Source: an uncultured Gammaproteobacteria bacterium
GTDB lineage: Bacteria > Patescibacteriota > Patescibacteriia > Magasanikbacterales > UBA922
NCBI GenBank assembly: GCA_964519725.1
Contig: CAZFKS010000001.1
Span: 119,270-183,269, forward strand
DNA: 64,000 bases
Direction: 5' to 3'
Shown here: positions 60,340 through 64,000 of the stretch, piece by piece
How the letters are laid out: each line of letters opens with the position of its first letter
How positions within the stretch are numbered: the first letter of the stretch is position 1
Notes under the pieces: model-generated
Databases searched by the model: none
What the model was told of the DNA's origin: nothing
What the model saw: only the letters and a program-made list of their open reading frames with translations
Translations under genes and position numbers: made by a program

Positions 60340-60381
60340 ATATTCCTGTTGTCACACCCCCTAAGGGGGACAGGAGGTCAC

Positions 60382-60480
60382 ATGTGGGGCACGCTTAGCG
60401 TTCGAGAGAAAGTACTCGTAGTCACGGTTTCGCTGTTGGTCTTCGGACCCATGGCGATCGGACTGTCGATCCTCGGATGA
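60382..60480 (+). CDS. 32-aa hydrophobic micro-ORF with a strong Shine-Dalgarno (AGGAGG), inside a GC-rich hairpin-dense island
   Basis: ATG 60382 to TGA 60478-60480 gives MWGTLSVREKVLVVTVSLLVFGPMAIGLSILG. SD aggagg 4 nt upstream, partly inside a stem (cctgt...acagg). Followed by a 41-nt hairpin (60486-60526). Confidence 0.3.
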   Translation: MWGTLSVREKVLVVTVSLLVFGPMAIGLSILG

Positions 60481-60536
60481 ACAACCGTCCGCTGGCCCAG
60501 GGATTTCCCTGCGGCCGTGCGGACGGACCAAACAAA

Positions 60537-60848
60537 CTAGAGCTCTTGCTTAAGTTTTTCCCATTGTTTCACAATCAAGGAAACAATCAGTGAGACCGTG
60601 CTGGTCGCCAGACCAATCTCACGAGCATATTCTTTGGTAAATTGTTCAACTTTTTTCGCAAAATCTGATTTTTTCATTTTTTTCCAAGCCTCAGATTTCA
60701 GTAAATCTTTTTTAACCCGTTCGTAAACTACTGCCGCGTGACCAATCGCTTCGTCACGAACAGCTTTACCTTGTTTAGTTAAATTTAACCAAGCCAATCC
60801 AGCGCCAAGCAGGCCACCAAATAATAGACCACGTTTGAAATTTCCCAT
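60537..60848 (-). CDS. YtxH-like (DUF948) small membrane-anchored protein
   Basis: N-terminal Gly-zipper helix LLFGGLLGAGLAWL followed by charged helical region. 103 aa. Confidence 0.5.
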   Translation of the reverse strand: MGNFKRGLLFGGLLGAGLAWLNLTKQGKAVRDEAIGHAAVVYERVKKDLLKSEAWKKMKKSDFAKKVEQFTKEYAREIGLATSTVSLIVSLIVKQWEKLKQEL

Positions 60849-60858
60849 ATGAGTAGAG

Positions 60859-62055
60859 TTAAGATTTAGTTCCAGCTACTCTATTATATAGCGCCTCGAG
60901 CTTTTGGACAATTAATTCCCAGGCATACTCAGTCTCAGCCACAGCGCGAGCCGTAGTTTTCCAAGCCGCCCGGTCAACGCCTGGGCTAAAATATTCCAGC
61001 AGGGTTTCAGCCAAGTTTTGCGGGTCATTTGACTTGACCACAGTACCAGCCTTGGCCGCCACCATACGCACCCCTGGGAGATCACTCGCAATGACTGGCA
61101 CACCACTGGCATAGGCCTCGAGGAGCACCATACCAAAGGCCTCACCCTGCGTTGTAGACGGTAAAACTAATAAATCAGCACTTTGGTAATAGCGAGGTAA
61201 GTCAGCGTGTTCAACGCGACCCACAAATTTTACCAGACTTTCAATTCCCAAAATTTTTGCGCGTTCTTCATACTTGGCGCGCAGTTCCCCGTCCCCCACC
61301 AAAATCGCTTGCACTGGCTGACCAGCGACTTTAGCAATCGCCAGTGCTTCTAGCAAAACTGGAATGCCTTTGAAAAAATGCGCCGCATCCATTCCGCCCA
61401 CAAACAAAACCGTTGGTAAATCAGCTTGGAGTCCAATTTCAATGGTCAGGGCCAAACTTGGTTCACCTGGTTTAAACCGATTAATATCCACCCCGAACGG
61501 CAGTTCAACCCAGCGCGCTGATTTTTGCAAAAAATGATTCCGAGCATCACTTACTTTTACATAATCAAACGAACTGGCAATAATTAAATCCGCGACATCC
61601 AAAATTTTCGGCAAATAATATTTAGCGTACAATTTAAAAATCAAACCCTGCCAACCAGGCGCGCGCGTATCCATGTGGTACGTGATCACCAGTGGTTTGG
61701 TGGGATTTTTTAATTTCCATTTCCGTACCAATCCGGCCGTACCAAAAAATGGATAGTGTAAGTGGACTAAATCAAACCCATCAAGCTCTTTGGCCAAGCC
61801 TGATAACCGCGCCGCATTACCATATGTTACTGATGGTTCGAGTCGGCGCGCAAAATCAATCTGTTTTTGCAATTGCGGTGCGTGCGTTTCTTCTGGCACT
61901 TCAGACGCTGATTTTAATTCTTTTTCCTCGTAATAATCAGGTGTAAACACCACCACTTCGTGACGTTTAGTCAGCTCAGCCGCAGTTTCAAACACCACCG
62001 TGCCCATACCACTGTAATAAGGCGGATACCGACAAACGATGTGCGCAATTTTCAT
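60859..62055 (-). CDS. glycosyltransferase family 4 (GT-B)
   Basis: C-terminal EAFGMVLLEAYASGVPVIASD (E-x7-E-like GT4 motif). 398 aa. Confidence 0.85.
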   Translation of the reverse strand: MKIAHIVCRYPPYYSGMGTVVFETAAELTKRHEVVVFTPDYYEEKELKSASEVPEETHAPQLQKQIDFARRLEPSVTYGNAARLSGLAKELDGFDLVHLHYPFFGTAGLVRKWKLKNPTKPLVITYHMDTRAPGWQGLIFKLYAKYYLPKILDVADLIIASSFDYVKVSDARNHFLQKSARWVELPFGVDINRFKPGEPSLALTIEIGLQADLPTVLFVGGMDAAHFFKGIPVLLEALAIAKVAGQPVQAILVGDGELRAKYEERAKILGIESLVKFVGRVEHADLPRYYQSADLLVLPSTTQGEAFGMVLLEAYASGVPVIASDLPGVRMVAAKAGTVVKSNDPQNLAETLLEYFSPGVDRAAWKTTARAVAETEYAWELIVQKLEALYNRVAGTKS

Positions 62056-62930
62056 ATCTTTGTAGTTTTAGAAACAATATAATACACGCCAATGAGCAGG
62101 AAAATTATACCAAAAAATTGCTGATTTGAGATAGTTTCTAAACCGAGCGCAGTTAAGGTCAAAATACTAAACAAAGGAAAGGTCAGCCCAATTGGCACAG
62201 CCTGGCTAATGTCGAGACGTTTAATTCCATTAAACCAAAGCAGCTTACTAATCGCGAGACACAGACCACCAGCCGCCAGCAAGGTTGGCCAATAATTACT
62301 GACTGTTTCCGAATAATTTGCGCCTGGTGAAAAAATTAAAGACAAGACAAATAAAATTGGAACACCGAGCATTAACCGGCTCACCAGCACAGTTTCTGGA
62401 CTTAATTCTTTGAGTAATCGTTTCGAAATAATATTGCCAAATGGATATGAGGCCGTACTAAAAATAATTACAATATCGCCCCAAGAAAAATTATTAAAAC
62501 CCTTGAATAAAACTAAAAATGAACCAAGTAAAACCGAGGTAGTGCCAATCACTTTAGCTGAAGTAATTTTTTCTCCATAAAATCTGGCGACTGGAACCGT
62601 AAACAACAATTCAGACAATAACAACACTGAGGCATTTACCCCCGAAGTGAGGCGTGCACCTAAATAAAACAAAGTCATTGGCACCACCACGATCAAAAAC
62701 GCCGCGAGCAGTTGATCTTTATACAAATGCGTTTTTTTAAAACCACTAAAATCACCGCGCCAAGCAAAAACAACGAGTGCCGTGAGCAGAGCCACGCTGT
62801 GAGTCAGGGTGGCAATCACTAATCCAGGCGCGGTTTGCGTTACCCGCTGGATTAAAATCGGATGAAAAGACCACAGCCAAGTACCAAGCAAAATTACACT
62901 AGTACCGATTTTAGTATTTCGGTCGAGCAT
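62052..62930 (-). CDS. EamA/DMT-family transporter (10 TM helices)
   Basis: 292 aa, two repeated 5-TM halves. 4-bp overlap with the GT4 gene. Confidence 0.6.
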   Translation of the reverse strand: MLDRNTKIGTSVILLGTWLWSFHPILIQRVTQTAPGLVIATLTHSVALLTALVVFAWRGDFSGFKKTHLYKDQLLAAFLIVVVPMTLFYLGARLTSGVNASVLLLSELLFTVPVARFYGEKITSAKVIGTTSVLLGSFLVLFKGFNNFSWGDIVIIFSTASYPFGNIISKRLLKELSPETVLVSRLMLGVPILFVLSLIFSPGANYSETVSNYWPTLLAAGGLCLAISKLLWFNGIKRLDISQAVPIGLTFPLFSILTLTALGLETISNQQFFGIIFLLIGVYYIVSKTTKI

Positions 62931-62932
62931 AA

Positions 62933-63274
62933 TTATTTTTTCTCTAGCGCTTTACTGCGCACCACTTTGGTGAGGTCGCGCTGCAGAGCTTCTAGTTTTA
63001 CGGTGAGGCGGAAAATGGTCAGGAGCAAAAAAGCGAGCGCTGAGTAAATAATTAAATCCACCCCGCGTCCAATTCCCAAAATATCAGCGGCAGTTTGGGC
63101 GCTATTTGGGTACCACGCAATTACGACCATACCCAACCAAATAAGTAGCCACCACAATGTGCTGCGAAGACTCAGGAGTTTTTGTTCGCGGCGTTGCCAC
63201 ACTAAAAACGCCCCAGAAAAAGCAATGATGGTAAAAACAATTTTGAAAAACACCATATTATAAAAATTTACCAA
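62933..63274 (-). CDS. DUF2304-like small membrane protein (glycosyltransferase-associated)
   Basis: 113 aa with 3 TM helices and a charged C-terminal helix. Sits directly after the GT2 gene, as DUF2304 proteins typically do. Confidence 0.45.
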   Translation of the reverse strand: MVNFYNMVFFKIVFTIIAFSGAFLVWQRREQKLLSLRSTLWWLLIWLGMVVIAWYPNSAQTAADILGIGRGVDLIIYSALAFLLLTIFRLTVKLEALQRDLTKVVRSKALEKK

Positions 63275-63914
63275 ACAGTAAATCGCGAATAATTTTTACA
63301 CCACCACCCATTCCCTGTCCATACTCATGGTAGGTCACGGTAATTGGTAATTCGCGGTAATTTAATTTATGACGCGCAATTAATTGGGGAATTTCTGTGG
63401 CATGAGCCATACGATCTTGGTTTAATTTTAAAACTGACAGGGCACGCGCATTAAAAATTCGGAAACCATTGTGTGCGTCAGATAACCGGGCGGCGCCAAA
63501 TATTTTTTCAATGAACCGTGCCAGTGGCAAAATAATTTTACGTTTAAACCATGGCACAGTGCCAGTTGTTCCCAAAAAACGCGAGCCTAAAATAATATCC
63601 GCACCAGTTGTTTGCAATAGTTCAATACCTTTCTCCACATCCGCCACACTAAATTGCCCATCAGCATCAAAGTGCACTACTACTTGCGCCCCTTGTTCAC
63701 GCGCGTACTCGTGCCCAGTTTCTAGAGCCGCACCCTGTCCCCGATTTAATTCATGGACCAAAACCGTGGCCCCAGCTGCCTTGGCCACAGCCGCTGTTTC
63801 ATCACTAGACCCGTCGTCAACCACAACTACCTCAGTGACCACTGACAAAAGCCCAGTAATTACTGAGCTGACGCGCGCGGCTTCATTATAGGCTGGGACA
63901 ATGGCCAGAATCAT
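63258..63914 (-). CDS. glycosyltransferase family 2 (DPM1/GtrB-like polyprenyl-phosphate glycosyltransferase)
   Basis: ILAIVPAYNEA, VVVVDDGSSDET, DAD (FDADGQ) motifs. 218 aa. Confidence 0.85.
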   Translation of the reverse strand: MILAIVPAYNEAARVSSVITGLLSVVTEVVVVDDGSSDETAAVAKAAGATVLVHELNRGQGAALETGHEYAREQGAQVVVHFDADGQFSVADVEKGIELLQTTGADIILGSRFLGTTGTVPWFKRKIILPLARFIEKIFGAARLSDAHNGFRIFNARALSVLKLNQDRMAHATEIPQLIARHKLNYRELPITVTYHEYGQGMGGGVKIIRDLLFGKFL

Positions 63915-63926
63915 ATCCCAGAGAGC

Positions 63927-64000
63927 TTACAATAAGGCTTCTTTGTTGGCAACCGTGTAGTCAATGGCCCGCTGCAGCCCATCTTCCAGGCGTACCAGCG
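63927..64000 (-). CDS. 3' end of an unassigned gene (C-terminus ...LVRLEDGLQRAIDYTVANKEALL), runs off window end
   Basis: Open minus-strand frame ending at TAA 63927-63929. Only 24 codons visible, so function not assignable. Confidence 0.3.
   Translation of the reverse strand, partial: LVRLEDGLQRAIDYTVANKEALL

Noticed and set aside
60340-60535. GC-rich structured segment considered as tmRNA, SRP RNA, 6S or RNase P RNA
   Set aside because: No tRNA-like T-loop (GTTCGAATC-type) or tag-peptide frame for tmRNA was found. No AGGAAGCAGCC-like domain IV motif of SRP RNA was found. It is too short and lacks the GGAAAGUCCGG motif of RNase P RNA. It is kept only as an unclassified candidate element.

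Overview
This 64-kb window is a gene-dense bacterial chromosomal segment with about 40-45% GC. Most genes lie on the minus strand and almost none has a Shine-Dalgarno motif. Many transcription units start from near-consensus TTGACA-17-TATAAT promoters. The gene content (type IV pilus and ComEC DNA-uptake genes, many small hypothetical genes, a LeuRS with an insertion, and no SD sequences) fits a streamlined Patescibacteria/CPR-like organism; this lineage assignment is inference only.

Housekeeping content:
- proS (partial, 5' end of window), leuS, infB, typA, trxA, ppa, gdh, an IMPase, rny, hup and a PBP2.
- A complete F0F1 ATP synthase operon, in the order atpZ-like, atpB, atpE, atpF, atpH, atpA, atpG, atpD, atpC.
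- tRNA-Glu(CTC) and tRNA-Met(CAT).

Accessory or notable content:
1. An 8-gene, tightly packed type I restriction-modification operon (6302-16821) that carries extra predicted nuclease and ATPase genes: HEPN-like, PIN-like, DUF45/YgjP, DUF2075 and DUF1905.
2. A 40-aa orphan micro-ORF with 8 cysteines. It sits on its own perfect consensus promoter, is bracketed by two terminators, and lies next to an ABC exporter.
3. A secreted cytochrome-b5-domain protein transcribed divergently from a DUF1295 (steroid-reductase-like) membrane protein.
4. A monocistronic SET-domain methyltransferase.
5. A competence/pilus island: a split ComEC, PilM, a pilin, a prepilin peptidase, a thrombospondin-type-3 Ca-binding repeat surface protein and a P-type ATPase.
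6. A solo MazF/PemK-like toxin gene with a convergent candidate sRNA.
7. A GC-rich structured island that carries the only strong SD in the window, in front of a 32-aa hydrophobic micro-ORF (type-I-toxin-like).

No CRISPR array, rRNA or obvious IS/transposase was seen. Coordinates of hand-called small features may be off by 1-2 nt.
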